A stretch of 64,000 bases of DNA from Spirochaetota bacterium (GCA_016935915.1 JAFGQB010000009.1:99-64098); one strand, 5' to 3'. Shown: positions 29,273 to 41,089, counted from the first letter of the stretch. Notes: generated from the sequence alone by a model not told the origin. Numbers and translations: made by a program.

Positions 29273-32071
29273 ATGGCGGAAGTCAAAGAAAGCTTTAAAA
29301 AAAGAGTTAGAAAACTATTATCTAAATATTTCAATGATATTAATTTTCAGAGATTGTTTATAGTTATTTTATCCTTTTTAATTGTCTTAATAATTACAGT
29401 GTCTCCAGTATATTATTTTTTAAATTTAAAATCTTATGATCTTTTTATGACTTTAATCAAAAAACCGATCAAACAGGACGAGTCGCTTGTCTTGATAGAT
29501 ATTGATGACAATACTATGAACTGGTTGAAATCAAGCTGGCCCATAGCAAGGAATTATCACGGTGATGTTATTGAAATACTTGCTGATTTTGATGCAAATC
29601 TTGCTGTATTTGATATTGAATTCCTTGAGGAAAGTGTTGTCGGAGCCGACAGTAAAAGGATCGATATTGTTAAACAGGATCTTGCAGAAAAATTTCAGTT
29701 GATGCTTGATGATTATACAAAAACTACGGAATCATTATCAAAATCACCTGCAGGACATGGAAGGTTGGATCAACTGTGGAACAGCTTCAATGAAAAGATA
29801 TCTAAATATTACCTTGATATTGAAGAAAATATAAACAACATAAGGATTGACAATGATCAATATTTTTCGGACAGACTTTTTTATTACAACAGGGCTTACG
29901 GTACTGTCAATATGCTTATTGATCCAAATCTGTCAAAAACCGATATTAATGAAGCTTCTTACCGGAAACAGATCGAACAATTAAAAAAGTACGGTTATGA
30001 AAAAAAAGAGCTTTTAAATAGTAAAAAAAGTCATCAATCCATTATAAATGTCAATATATCGGAATTTCCGATTGATTCTTTTTTGAATGAATTTAAAGGT
30101 GTTGGCTTTACCTATGTTGAGCGGGATAGGGATGCTACAATAAGAGGTGTAAATCTCTTCATGGAAAGGGATGGTTATGTGATACCACAGCTTGCATTTA
30201 AACCCTTTTTGGATTTTTTTGATATTAAAATGGAACAGATAGATCTTTCAAATAGCAGATATGTAATTTTGAGGGATGTTAATCTCAAAAATATCAAACA
30301 AAATATTAAAATCCCTGTTGACAATGGATTAATGAATATCAACTGGCCCAGTGGAGAATACAGGGATATATTTACCAATAAGACGGTTGATGATAAAAAA
30401 TATCACTTTTCTTATTTTGATCTGTTAAATTATAAATATGTAATTGTCAAACAGTTTCTCGACTCTCTTGGAAAAAACTTCACAAAGTATCATGAATTAA
30501 CAGAGGAAAATTATTTTTATCAATATTTTACTTTAATGCATACAGAAAAAGAAAGAATGCTTAAAGACATGTCCTTCCGTAGTATAAAGGATCAGTTTTT
30601 TACAGATTATAATGAAAATCTTGAGAGTTTAAAAATATTTTTAACTGAGGAGAATATTAAAAAAAAGGAAGAAGAGGTAATAAGCAAGGGACTGGGAGAA
30701 AAAAAAGAAGAGATAAGAAAGTCAATGCTTGAAGTAAAGGAATCTCTGGAAATAATGTTAAAAGCAAGGGATGAATTATCCTTTTTAAAGGACAAGATTT
30801 GTTTTATAGGACACACTGCAACAGGTACCAGTGATATCGGTGCAACTCCCTTTGACAGAACATTTGAAAATGTCGGTGTACATCCTTCCTTCTTTAATAC
30901 GATTTTACAGAAAGACTTTATTTATTCGATAAAAACTTTTTTTATATTTATCATTACTTTGCTTATTTTTGGTATTCTGCTGTGGCATCTTGTGAAATTT
31001 GAATCTGTTTATCTGGCTCCGATAGGATTTATTATTACTTTTTTGACTCTTGCAATTATTATGGTTTTTTACAGATTTACCAATATTTACATTTCGCCGA
31101 TTGTACCGGTTTTATACAGTTTTATATCAATAGTCGTCATGATAGCATTTAAGTTCATAATGGCAGAAAAGGAAAAGGCTTTTATCAGAAATGCTTTAGA
31201 TAAATATCTTTCTCCAGATTATATTGATGAAATATTGAAGGAGAAGACCAAGCTCAATCTCGGCGGTGAAAGAAAGGTATGCACAGCAATGTTCACTGAT
31301 ATTCAAGGATTCAGCACAATATCAGAAAAGTTCATGGATGATCCACCAGGACTTGTATCACTTTTAAAGGATTATCTTTCAAGCATGAGCGACATTATAC
31401 TTGATAATAAAGGGACTATCGATAAATACGAGGGCGATGCAATTATTGCATTTTTCGGGGCGCCAAAAGACATGGCAGATCATGCTTACAGAGCTTGTGT
31501 TTCTTCAATAAGAATGAAGCAGATTGAAGATCAGCTTAATTCTTTGCTATTAAACCAAAAAATTATTGATACTCCTTTGCTTACCAGGATAGGAATTAAT
31601 TCAGGTGATATGTTCGTTGGGAATATGGGCACAACCAATAAATTCAATTATACGATGATGGGGCATGCTGTTAATCTTGCCTCAAGGCTTGAAGGTGTTA
31701 ATAAGCAGTACAAAACTTATCAGATGATCAGCGAATATACTTATGAACAGGTTAAAAATGAGATCATTGGCAGGAGACTTGACAGGGTTAGGGTAGTGAA
31801 CATCAATATTCCAGTAAGGCTCTATGAACTTATAGCTTTAAAAGATGAAATTAAACCTGAAACCATGGAGTTCTTAAAAGTTTTTGAAAGGGGTCTGGAT
31901 GAGTTTGAAAAGAGAAGCTGGAAAGAATCTATGAAGATATTTAACGAAGCATTGAAGATAAAGAAAGACGATCAACCCACATTGATTTACATCGACAGAT
32001 GCAATACCTATCTTACAAAAAAAGCTCCTTCTGCATCATGGGACGGTGTTTATAATCTGGGGACTAAGTAA
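29273..32071 (+). CDS. CHASE2-domain class III adenylate cyclase
   Basis: LVLIDIDD, WPIAR, FDIEF (CHASE2); three TMs; FTDIQGFSTISE, DKYEGDAI, GHAVNLASRLE. Lys/Thr specificity residues indicate ATP. Confidence 0.92.
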   Translation: MAEVKESFKKRVRKLLSKYFNDINFQRLFIVILSFLIVLIITVSPVYYFLNLKSYDLFMTLIKKPIKQDESLVLIDIDDNTMNWLKSSWPIARNYHGDVIEILADFDANLAVFDIEFLEESVVGADSKRIDIVKQDLAEKFQLMLDDYTKTTESLSKSPAGHGRLDQLWNSFNEKISKYYLDIEENINNIRIDNDQYFSDRLFYYNRAYGTVNMLIDPNLSKTDINEASYRKQIEQLKKYGYEKKELLNSKKSHQSIINVNISEFPIDSFLNEFKGVGFTYVERDRDATIRGVNLFMERDGYVIPQLAFKPFLDFFDIKMEQIDLSNSRYVILRDVNLKNIKQNIKIPVDNGLMNINWPSGEYRDIFTNKTVDDKKYHFSYFDLLNYKYVIVKQFLDSLGKNFTKYHELTEENYFYQYFTLMHTEKERMLKDMSFRSIKDQFFTDYNENLESLKIFLTEENIKKKEEEVISKGLGEKKEEIRKSMLEVKESLEIMLKARDELSFLKDKICFIGHTATGTSDIGATPFDRTFENVGVHPSFFNTILQKDFIYSIKTFFIFIITLLIFGILLWHLVKFESVYLAPIGFIITFLTLAIIMVFYRFTNIYISPIVPVLYSFISIVVMIAFKFIMAEKEKAFIRNALDKYLSPDYIDEILKEKTKLNLGGERKVCTAMFTDIQGFSTISEKFMDDPPGLVSLLKDYLSSMSDIILDNKGTIDKYEGDAIIAFFGAPKDMADHAYRACVSSIRMKQIEDQLNSLLLNQKIIDTPLLTRIGINSGDMFVGNMGTTNKFNYTMMGHAVNLASRLEGVNKQYKTYQMISEYTYEQVKNEIIGRRLDRVRVVNINIPVRLYELIALKDEIKPETMEFLKVFERGLDEFEKRSWKESMKIFNEALKIKKDDQPTLIYIDRCNTYLTKKAPSASWDGVYNLGTK

Positions 32072-32089
32072 TAGAGTCGAAGGGGACAG

Positions 32090-33043
32090 TTACCAAATGA
32101 CAAAATAGCAGAGCATCTTGTCCTTTTCTAAAGCAATGTTAAAATCAATATTCATCACTTTTTTGTTCAATGATGTATATTTGTCTGATGCTTTATAATA
32201 GTTCATTACAACTCTCACAAATCCCAAAAGTGAAAAGCATATAATGGTAGGTATCAGACAGAGAGCCATTGCTATAGTACAGCCCAAAGCTGCGAAACCC
32301 ACACTTGTTCTTAGTTTGAGTCTTTCTGCAGGATCAGTTATCTCAGGTATCAATTTATAATATTCTTCAGGATTTAAATAATAGTATCCTAAAACAGTAG
32401 AAGGAACCATCAAAGCCAGTGAAGATAAGCCCCATATGTATAAATTTATAGCAATTGCATTTTTGGCATTTCTGGTATAAAGGGCTTTATTCTGCTTTCT
32501 TTTTTCTTCCTTTAATCGTTCTTCCTCTTTCTTTTTTTCTTCTTCCTGTTTTAATTTCAATTCCGCTTCAACATCGGTCCTGCTTTTTCTGCCTGATATT
32601 AGATCAACGATTTTGGGTACAAGGTCAATCAGCATTTCTTTGGAAGTTGTTTCCAGAGACTGAGCAAATTCCGCTTCGCCTGTCTCAACGTTCACACCCC
32701 TTACATTTATTGAGTATCTTGTACCTATTTTAGTCAAACTGCCCAGTACCACAAGCTGAGCTCCATACAATTTGCCGAGTTGTTTTCTTAAATCTTCATT
32801 GAAATCATCCGAGTTCTGAAGGTTGAGCTCTCTCATCACCTTATTGAGGTCCTGCCGTTCAACAACCCTGAACTGCTGTGTGTTTATCAAAGCAGTCATT
32901 AAATGTTCGACTATTGCATCAGCCAGGTATGCTTCATTAATAGCTTCACCTTTTGCAGTAAATTCCAGAACTGCTACTCTGATCTTGTCACTGTAAACCA
33001 ATACATTTAAAAAAAGCAGTATTCCAATAATGATTTTTTTCAT
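32090..33043 (-). CDS. CsgG/FlgO-like domain exported protein with C-terminal hydrophobic hairpin
   Basis: RVAVLEF, FRVVERQDLNKVMREL, GKLYGAQLVVLGSL, NVETGE. Confidence 0.78.
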   Translation of the reverse strand: MKKIIIGILLFLNVLVYSDKIRVAVLEFTAKGEAINEAYLADAIVEHLMTALINTQQFRVVERQDLNKVMRELNLQNSDDFNEDLRKQLGKLYGAQLVVLGSLTKIGTRYSINVRGVNVETGEAEFAQSLETTSKEMLIDLVPKIVDLISGRKSRTDVEAELKLKQEEEKKKEEERLKEEKRKQNKALYTRNAKNAIAINLYIWGLSSLALMVPSTVLGYYYLNPEEYYKLIPEITDPAERLKLRTSVGFAALGCTIAMALCLIPTIICFSLLGFVRVVMNYYKASDKYTSLNKKVMNIDFNIALEKDKMLCYFVIW

Positions 33044-33432
33044 TATACAATCTCCCTTTAATTGAATGCTGTTTAAGATATATTAAAATAATTAATTTTT
33101 TTGTATATTTTTTTATTATTATAAATAAAAAGTTAATTAAATAAATCAATAATTAATAAAATATCATTTTTTTTGATATATTTCTATTTATTTAAAATAA
33201 ATAGTTTTTAAATAAATGAAATTACAAAATTTAACTTTACTGTTTTTTCCAAATTTAAAGTTCATCCAAAACAGCCTTTTTTCAATAAATTATTATTAAT
33301 GCTCAATTAATAACAAAAAATAAATGATTTTCATTTTTTGTTATAGTCATATATAGAACCTGCTACATTGTGTTCTGAATTTGTATCATAGAAAAGTCCA
33401 GGATAAGTTGAAGATTGGTCCTTCGGCTCATA

Positions 33433-35814
33433 TCATCTCGAAATGAACTTCGGCTTAAAGATATTCAACAATATCGGCAGTATTGTCATAGAAGCCAGTG
33501 ATGAAGTGAACATTGTAAATGCGACAAATGAACCAAAGCTCACCAACGGCAAAAAATTAGAGAAAACAAGTACCAGAAATCCCAGTGCAACTGCAACAGC
33601 GTTGAAAACGATGGCTTTGCCTGAGCTTTCAAGCGATCTTATTGTTACTGTATCGAGGTTGTCTGTTATCTTTCTTTCATGATGATATGCATTCATAAAA
33701 TGAATCGTATAGTCTATGCCTATTCCAATTGCAACTGATGCTATCATTGCTGTGCCGGCATCCAGGCGGATTTTTAACAGTCCCATAAAGCCGAAATTTA
33801 GAAAGATCGGAATGGCAAGTGTGACTATACCGTAAATACCTGCATTTAATGACCTGTAATATATTGACAGGATCAAAAAAACCGCCAATAATGATGATAA
33901 AATATTCATTATCTGGCTTTCTATGATAAAATCTGAAACTACAACCTGTATATTTGCATTTCCTGAAATTCTCATTTCATAATCAGAGGGAAAGTTTTTT
34001 AATGTCCAGCCATGTATTTCCCTTTTCAGCTCTTTGATAAAATTAAAGTCCGGATTTTTGATTATTACTGAAATTTTTGTTTCTGACGGCTCTATCGGAT
34101 CGTCCACATAATCATCTATATTTCCCGAAAATAATAAAAGATATTGGGCAATAAGCTGTTTTAATTTATTTTTATCGCTTAATCTGTATTTTTCAGGATT
34201 ATATGGTATTTCATAGTAATCTCCTTTTTCATCAACGTTCATAACCTGATTCATTTTCTTTACCAGATCGGCAAAAGACATTACAAATACTGCATCAGTA
34301 TATTTATTTTCCAGATAAGATGAAAGATTATCGATTGCATATAATATATCGGGATTCGTCAATGAACCTGCAGCTTTACCTTTTATAATAATATCGATTA
34401 TCGTTGTTCCGTTAAAATTTTCATTGACAAATGCATCTGATTTTCTTATTTCAGTAGATTTCCTGAAATAATTAACCATTGGATTGCCAGTAATGATGTT
34501 CATTGTCCCGTAAATTGATATTAAGAGTATGACTGACAGCAAAGTTACTGTCCTTAATTTGCTTTTTGAAAAAAACCTGTATATATTAATTAAGACTCCT
34601 GATATCAACGCCTTATTAATTCCAGATTTATTTAGATTTGTATTTTTTTGTTTATGATTTAAAGCTTTATGTCTTAAAATAAAAACAGCAGGAATTAAAG
34701 TGATTGCTATAAAAAAAGCAATAAAAACACCTATGGCTGTAAAAAATCCGAATTCCTTTAACGGTTTGATTTTACTTGCTGCAAGGGAGCCGAATCCGCA
34801 TATGGTGGTAATTGCGGCAAGAAATACTGCCCAGCCGATCCTTTTGATCGTTATAAATATGATTTTTTTGTTCCTTTCAATGCTGATTTTTTCAGTAATT
34901 AAAAACTCATTATCAATTTCATCATAATAATGACTTATGACATGTATGCCGTAGGCACTTCCAACGGCGATCATTAAAACCGGCAATGCACTTGCAATCA
35001 TGGTAAGATTTATTTTAAAGAAAGCCATAAGTCCCATTATACATACGGTAGCAATCAATACTGTAACAGTAGGCAGTATTACTCCGATTATCTTCTTGAA
35101 AGATAAAAATAATGTTATCAAAAGTATTATCACGACAAACGGAACAAGTCTTGCAAGATCGTTCCTTAAATTGCCTGCCATGACAACAAGAACCGAAGGA
35201 AGACCTGCTACGTAAAAGTCAAAGCCTGAGCTTTCATATTTATTGATTATTCTTTTTACCTGTCTGTAAGCTTCCTCAGCAATGACATTTTTAGCTCCGA
35301 GTTTAAGCCTTATTGCGATCATTGTTGATTTGTAATCATTTGAGAACAGGTTTCCTTTATAGATCTTCCATGAATTTAACCTTTCAATAATGGCTTTTTC
35401 TTCAGTTTCATTTTCAGGTATTTTATCAATAAGCTTCATTGTTTCTATGCCATCTTCAGTGCCTGCCAGATAGTCTGCATTTATTATGGAAGTAACTTGT
35501 GAAATGTCTTTGATTTTTTCTATTTCATTAGAGATTTGTTCAATAATTAAGAGGTTTTTTCTTGAATATACATATCCGTCCTTTACTTTAATGCATACAG
35601 CCATAACCATACCGCCGCCGTAAACATCTTCTATTCTTCGGTATTCTATCCTTGCAGGATTGTCATCAGGCAAAAAATTTGCAGTATCATTGTCTATTAC
35701 TAGTTTTCTTATTTGTATGCCGAGCACTATGGTTATTACAGTAATGATTACCAATATCAATAACGGGTATTTAAAAATTTTTTCAAGCAAAGGATTATTG
35801 CTCTTTTTCATCAT
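33433..35814 (-). CDS. MMPL/RND superfamily exporter
   Basis: Two repeats with AVGSAYGIH and GIGIDYTIH; about 12 TMs. Confidence 0.9.
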   Translation of the reverse strand: MMKKSNNPLLEKIFKYPLLILVIITVITIVLGIQIRKLVIDNDTANFLPDDNPARIEYRRIEDVYGGGMVMAVCIKVKDGYVYSRKNLLIIEQISNEIEKIKDISQVTSIINADYLAGTEDGIETMKLIDKIPENETEEKAIIERLNSWKIYKGNLFSNDYKSTMIAIRLKLGAKNVIAEEAYRQVKRIINKYESSGFDFYVAGLPSVLVVMAGNLRNDLARLVPFVVIILLITLFLSFKKIIGVILPTVTVLIATVCIMGLMAFFKINLTMIASALPVLMIAVGSAYGIHVISHYYDEIDNEFLITEKISIERNKKIIFITIKRIGWAVFLAAITTICGFGSLAASKIKPLKEFGFFTAIGVFIAFFIAITLIPAVFILRHKALNHKQKNTNLNKSGINKALISGVLINIYRFFSKSKLRTVTLLSVILLISIYGTMNIITGNPMVNYFRKSTEIRKSDAFVNENFNGTTIIDIIIKGKAAGSLTNPDILYAIDNLSSYLENKYTDAVFVMSFADLVKKMNQVMNVDEKGDYYEIPYNPEKYRLSDKNKLKQLIAQYLLLFSGNIDDYVDDPIEPSETKISVIIKNPDFNFIKELKREIHGWTLKNFPSDYEMRISGNANIQVVVSDFIIESQIMNILSSLLAVFLILSIYYRSLNAGIYGIVTLAIPIFLNFGFMGLLKIRLDAGTAMIASVAIGIGIDYTIHFMNAYHHERKITDNLDTVTIRSLESSGKAIVFNAVAVALGFLVLVFSNFLPLVSFGSFVAFTMFTSSLASMTILPILLNIFKPKFISR

Positions 35815-36012
35815 TTCTCCTTTTAATATATAAAATAAATATATGGTACAGCCATTGTCAATAGATAAAAGTTGTATTTAAATATTTCATCGAATGAAAT
35901 GTAATGTTCATTGAAAAAAAGTATACTCATAGTATATCGGATTGTTTTTTAAACTGCAAGCAGCAAAAAAAATTAATTAAAAATATTTTAATTAACATTA
36001 AAGTTTTTTTTA

Positions 36013-36041
36013 TTGACATAGTTGATTTCATTTTTTATACT
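36013..36041 (+). promoter_or_regulatory. Putative sigma70 promoter of MFS gene
   Basis: TTGACA-N17-TATACT. Confidence 0.6.
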
Positions 36042-36175
36042 GATAATTGTTCAAATTGTCAGTATTTGCCTTAAAGTTAAAAAACAAACTGTATATAAAA
36101 AAAATTAGTTATTTATATCAAATATAATGACAAAGGATAAAAAACAATTTTTTTAACATTTAATCAATCAGCCGT

Positions 36176-37387
36176 ATGAATAAAAAAACAGCTTTAATCA
36201 ATTTAGTGTTCTGCTCAATAATGCACGGACTTAATCATTTCCTGTTGATTTTTTTTAAGCCCATGTACATTCAGATGTCGAACTTTTATCATCTGCGTGA
36301 GGTGGCTGATATCACAGTCAAGGCGACCATAATATATGCAGGCTACGGAAGCTCCAACTTCATATCAGGCTTTTTATCAAGAAGATATTCCAGGAAGATG
36401 ATCTTATTTATAGGAATGCTTGTTATGAGTCTGGCGGTGATGTTCATTGCTTTTATTCCTTCGGGTTCGTTCAATTTGACGGTCCTTTTAATATTTATAA
36501 TGGGTTTAAGCGGTGGAGTTTATCACCCGGCTGCAAATACATTTGCAACTGCAATGTATGAAGAAAAAAAGGGACATGCGATCGGTATGCTTTCTATCGG
36601 TTCAGCGATCGGATTTGTGATAGCTCCTTTTATAGGTGAATATCTGGGAAATAAATTGCTGGGTTTTCAATTGCTTTTTTTTATATGCGGTATTGCCGGT
36701 TTTATTTTTGCAGTTTTATTTTTCATATTTGTTGAAGATGACCTGTTAAAAACTGAAAATGTCAGACCTGATAAAGTCTCAACTTCAGGACGTTCAAAAG
36801 TTAAAATCTTTCCGTTCGCATTTTTATTGATCCTGGTCTGCATTCCGGTTACATTAAAGGAAATATCGAACTGGAGTTTTTATGAGATCACGCCGTTCTG
36901 GGTTAATTTCGGTTTTTCCAGAGGCATAACCATATCACTGATCCAGTCTATGCTGTATTTACCTTCTGTTTTTATTCAGCCGTTTGTAGGAAAGTTATGT
37001 GACAGGTTCGGTTCTGTAAAAGTTTCAGTGATAACTTTTATTCTCTGCGGGGTTGGTATTGCCTTGTTCAGCATTTCGAATATTTTTACGCTGTGGCTTG
37101 CGATGATCGTGTTCGGAGCAGGCATGGGAAGTGCCACTGTTGCTGGTGAAACCTATATGGCTGATATGACAACTGTCAAGAACAGGTCTTTGATCTACGG
37201 CATTGTTCTTTCTGCAGGTCTGGGTATAGGAGGTACTGTAAGTGGGATATCAGGCTGGGTAGTGGATATTTTCGGAAAAAAGAACATAACCGGCTACAAT
37301 CTCTGGTACATTTTTTCAGGTGTGTCAGTTGTTTTGTCAGCTTTTATTTTTATATTGATTGAGAAAATCAAAAATAAAAAAACCTGA
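36176..37387 (+). CDS. MFS transporter
   Basis: About 12 TMs; GFLSRRYSRK and GKLCDRFGS motif A; GVYHPAA. Confidence 0.9.
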   Translation: MNKKTALINLVFCSIMHGLNHFLLIFFKPMYIQMSNFYHLREVADITVKATIIYAGYGSSNFISGFLSRRYSRKMILFIGMLVMSLAVMFIAFIPSGSFNLTVLLIFIMGLSGGVYHPAANTFATAMYEEKKGHAIGMLSIGSAIGFVIAPFIGEYLGNKLLGFQLLFFICGIAGFIFAVLFFIFVEDDLLKTENVRPDKVSTSGRSKVKIFPFAFLLILVCIPVTLKEISNWSFYEITPFWVNFGFSRGITISLIQSMLYLPSVFIQPFVGKLCDRFGSVKVSVITFILCGVGIALFSISNIFTLWLAMIVFGAGMGSATVAGETYMADMTTVKNRSLIYGIVLSAGLGIGGTVSGISGWVVDIFGKKNITGYNLWYIFSGVSVVLSAFIFILIEKIKNKKT

Positions 37388-37411
37388 CAGCTTTTTTTAA
37401 AGTCTGTCAGG
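37383..37411. terminator. Hairpin overlapping the MFS stop codon (REP/terminator-like)
   Basis: CCTGACAG-N13-CTGTCAGG perfect 8-bp stem. Confidence 0.5.
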
Positions 37412-37669
37412 ATAAGGAGAACATAAAAGCACCCGCCTGGTATAAAAAGGTTTAATAAAGTATTAAATAAGCCTTAAGTAAGAGGAGAAAACTTACAAGG
37501 CAATTTAATCAATGATTTTAACTGCAATCCAGTATTATACATTTTAAAAGTCAGCATCCTTTCAATTATATTAATCGCTTGAAACAAGAAAATCATTCGA
37601 TTTTTTTTAAAATTATTAAAAATATTTTTCTGAATGGATTTTATATTATTATTAGAACGATTTGATAGG

Positions 37670-39712
37670 TTAGATTTTCTGATTTAAAAATTCGGTATCA
37701 AACAATTTTATGTTTTTAAAGCCAGCCTCTAACAAGCTTAATTTGTCTGAGACTTCCTTAAAATAATTGTAGAAATTTGTAAAATTCATTTCAAGATTAT
37801 TAAAATATTCATACTGTTTCCTGCCAACTGTATTGATGTTACCTGTTGATTCCTCGAGTTTTTTTATTGTTTCTGATAATGTTTGATTGTTTTCATTTTC
37901 TTTTCCGATGTTATCCATGACTGAAGATGTTATGGTTACAAGATTATTTATGACTGTAATGTTTTCTTTAGATGCCGCAAGAAGTTCATCTGAGGATGCA
38001 TTGATTTCTGTCATTATCTGATTTGTCGAATCAATACCTTTGGTAATTTCTTTAATAACTTCCGAGAGATTGAAAGATTTTTGAACAGAATTTTCAATTG
38101 CTTCTTTCATGGATTTTAAAAGTGCAGAAATGTCTTTTGTCTGATCTGCGGTGCTTTCCGCAAGCTTTCTTACCTCTTCCGCTACAACAGCAAAGCCCTT
38201 GCCGCTTTCTCCTGCATGAGCGGCTTCAATTGCCGCATTCATTGCCAAAAGGTCGATCTGATCTGTTATTGAAAAGATCGTTGTTACGATTTCAGATATT
38301 CCGGAACCGATCCTGGAAATTTCCTGTATTGAAGCATTCATCTGATTTAAAGCGTTCATTCCGATCTTTGAACTGTTACCGAGTATATTACTTAAGTCAA
38401 AAGCCTTATTTATGATTATTGTGGTATTTTCAATTGATTTTAAGATTTCATGGAGACTTGAGCTGGTCTGTTCGACCATTGCAGACTGGGATGTAATATT
38501 TTCTTTGTTGTTATCCAACAGATCAACTGTGTTTTTTATTGCTTCGGCTGTTATACCTGTTACTTCGCTCTGATTGGATATTTCTTTGATTATTTGTTCT
38601 GAATTACTGGTTATATCTTTATTGATTTTAATCAGTGATTCGATATCAAGCTGTTCATGCTTTGTTTTATCGATCAATTCTACGGAAACATCATAAATTG
38701 ATTTGAACTGCCTGTTTAAATTTAAGATAAGTTGATTTATATAAACCTGGATTTCACCTATTTCATCATTTGTTGTCTTGGTTAAAAGACGTGTTAAGTC
38801 GCCTTTTATCTCTCCTATAAGCTTTAAATTTTCGGATATTCCATTTATGTGAGAATGCATATAACTTGCAAATAAAAAGGAAAAGCATGCAACCAGAATC
38901 AGCATTAAAAATGAAAACAGTGCCATTTCTATGCTTTTATTTAATGAGTATCTTCCCCAGCTCTCTTTTAATCTTTCGGCTTCTTCTCTGATCTCATTCA
39001 CATTGTCCGATTCTTCAATAATGTCAAGAAGTGGAGTGAAGAACCCATTGGCTTTTTCAAATTTATCCTTTTGCAAACTAAATGCTGTATTGGATATACC
39101 TGCGGTTTGTTCTGCATTTCCTAATCCGGCGAATAAATTAAGGATGGTTGTCAATAATAAAAATGCAATAATTGTTAAGAATATTTTTAATCTCACATTG
39201 AAAAAGGTTTTTTTTATAGAGAATTCAAATAATTTTAATTTCAGCTTAAAGGTTCTGATAACATGGTTAAAATATATGGACTGGATCAATCCTATTGAAG
39301 GTCCAAAGAAGATGGCAACAATGAGAAAACGTATGGTTGACCATCTTATATAACCGATCATAAGCGACCTGGCATAGGTAGAAAGTGATGCAACTACAAC
39401 CCATCCGATCATATTTACTACAATAAAAAAAATCGTAACGTTCTTTTCAATTTTGATTACTTTAAGTTTATATTGTTCAGGATTGGCTGTATCGATCTTA
39501 TTCAATGGTTTAAGCAATTTGTAAAGGATGAATAACACTGCTATATATGCGATGCATGCAAATATTAATGGAATTTTAAACTCCGGTATTAATTCTAAAA
39601 ACTTTCTCCCCATAACAGGATATATATAAAAAAAGACCAGGGGAAGGGAAGGTAATTCTGTTGCAAGGAAAAATATTAAAATTTTTTTTATCGTATTATC
39701 AGATTTGGACAT
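37670..39712 (-). CDS. Methyl-accepting chemotaxis protein
   Basis: [32 protein letters not shown]; HAMP-like DEIG; multi-TM N-terminus. Confidence 0.95.
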   Translation of the reverse strand: MSKSDNTIKKILIFFLATELPSLPLVFFYIYPVMGRKFLELIPEFKIPLIFACIAYIAVLFILYKLLKPLNKIDTANPEQYKLKVIKIEKNVTIFFIVVNMIGWVVVASLSTYARSLMIGYIRWSTIRFLIVAIFFGPSIGLIQSIYFNHVIRTFKLKLKLFEFSIKKTFFNVRLKIFLTIIAFLLLTTILNLFAGLGNAEQTAGISNTAFSLQKDKFEKANGFFTPLLDIIEESDNVNEIREEAERLKESWGRYSLNKSIEMALFSFLMLILVACFSFLFASYMHSHINGISENLKLIGEIKGDLTRLLTKTTNDEIGEIQVYINQLILNLNRQFKSIYDVSVELIDKTKHEQLDIESLIKINKDITSNSEQIIKEISNQSEVTGITAEAIKNTVDLLDNNKENITSQSAMVEQTSSSLHEILKSIENTTIIINKAFDLSNILGNSSKIGMNALNQMNASIQEISRIGSGISEIVTTIFSITDQIDLLAMNAAIEAAHAGESGKGFAVVAEEVRKLAESTADQTKDISALLKSMKEAIENSVQKSFNLSEVIKEITKGIDSTNQIMTEINASSDELLAASKENITVINNLVTITSSVMDNIGKENENNQTLSETIKKLEESTGNINTVGRKQYEYFNNLEMNFTNFYNYFKEVSDKLSLLEAGFKNIKLFDTEFLNQKI

Positions 39713-39859
39713 AATTATTTCCTTTTATGATACTTATTCTTTATATTTTAAGAAAAAATCTCTAAAAATAAAATATTTTTTTAAATTTTTAAAAATTTTA
39801 AATAATTTTTATAGGGTAGAGTCAAGGGACGGTTCTGGTAATCATAATATAACTTTCAT

Positions 39860-39888
39860 TTGACAATTTATAGCAGTTCTATTATAGT
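39860..39888 (+). promoter_or_regulatory. Putative sigma70 promoter of thioesterase gene
   Basis: TTGACA-N17-TATAGT. Confidence 0.55.
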
Positions 39889-39921
39889 TTTATGATAACA
39901 TTTTAAAAAAAGAGCGCAGTC

Positions 39922-40650
39922 ATGTCAACGATCTGGAGAGAAAATTTTAAGGTGAGGACATATGAAGCTGATCTTAACAACAATGTCAAGGTCAGTTCAT
40001 TGTTTGATTATATGCAGGAAGCTGCGGCAAATCATGCTGAAAGCTTAAATTACGGTTACAATGCTTTGACAAAAAAAAATCAGGCATGGATTTTATCTCG
40101 TGCTGTAATAGAACTCTATGGCAGTGCCGGATTTACAGATGAATTAGTAGTTGAAACCTGGGCACAAAGCATTGATAAACTTTTTGCAATAAGAGATTTT
40201 ATTATTTATGACTGCATGAATAAGATTTTGGCTAAAGCATCTACTGCATGGCTTTTAGTTGACACTGTCAATAAAAGACCTTTAAGACTAACAGAGCTGC
40301 ATCATCATACTCCTCCTGAAGAAAAAACTCCTGTATTCAACGAAAATCCCCCAAAGATCGAATATAATGAAGAAAAAAATCTTATCTGTGATAAAATCGC
40401 AGAATATACCGATATTGACTTAAATCAGCATGTCAATAATGTTAAATTCATTGAATACGGGCTGGACTGCTTAGGCAGGGATTTTTTTGAAAAAAACAGA
40501 CTTACCGGAGTAAAACTCAACTTTTTATCCGAATTTAAATTTGGTGAAAAGATCGGTATATACAAAGGGAGCATTAATGGAAGATGCATCTACATAGAAG
40601 GTGCAAGGGGTGATAATAAGATATTCAAGATGATTGTTGATTATAAGTGA
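39922..40650 (+). CDS. Acyl-ACP thioesterase
   Basis: YMQEAAANHA, VETW, RDF, DIDLNQHVNN. Confidence 0.9.
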   Translation: MSTIWRENFKVRTYEADLNNNVKVSSLFDYMQEAAANHAESLNYGYNALTKKNQAWILSRAVIELYGSAGFTDELVVETWAQSIDKLFAIRDFIIYDCMNKILAKASTAWLLVDTVNKRPLRLTELHHHTPPEEKTPVFNENPPKIEYNEEKNLICDKIAEYTDIDLNQHVNNVKFIEYGLDCLGRDFFEKNRLTGVKLNFLSEFKFGEKIGIYKGSINGRCIYIEGARGDNKIFKMIVDYK

Positions 40651-40740
40651 AAGCTTTTACTTAAATTCAGTTTTTTATCAAGGACTTTATAATCAAAAAT
40701 GTAAGATATAAATAATTACAGGGACCATGTTTTAAATGAA

Positions 40741-40779
40741 AGCCTCGTTTTTTTTTCGCTCTAAAGATGACCGGAAGCT
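40741..40779. repeat. Dispersed element copy C
   Basis: AGCCTCGT9CGCTCTAAAGATGACCGGAAGCT, followed by a T-rich tract. Confidence 0.8.
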
Positions 40780-40903
40780 TAAAGTTTTCTTTTTTTGTTT
40801 AAGGCATGTATTTTTTGTTTTTTAAATAAAGTGAAATAATGTTTGAAAATTATTGATTTTATAATGATAAGTTTGTAAAATTATCAAAAAAAGGAGGAAA
40901 TTA

Positions 40904-41089
40904 ATGAAAAATGAAATTGGAAGATGTGCCGCTCCATCAGGTGCTATTTACGGCTTGGGATTCATAGGTGCTTTTGTATATTTTATTATCCATGCAGCGG
41001 GTTTTTGGATGGGAGTTCTGGGCTTTTTAAAGGCAATTGTTTGGCCTGCTTTTCTTGTTTATGGATTGTTTAAGTTTTTGGCAATGTGA
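40904..41089 (+). CDS. Small two-TM hypothetical membrane protein
   Basis: AAGGAGG RBS; GAIYGLGFIGA...GFLKAIVWPA. Confidence 0.8.
   Translation: MKNEIGRCAAPSGAIYGLGFIGAFVYFIIHAAGFWMGVLGFLKAIVWPAFLVYGLFKFLAM

Noticed and set aside
33363-33431. 22-codon ORF starting right after the MMPL stop
   Set aside because: Too short and no recognisable similarity.
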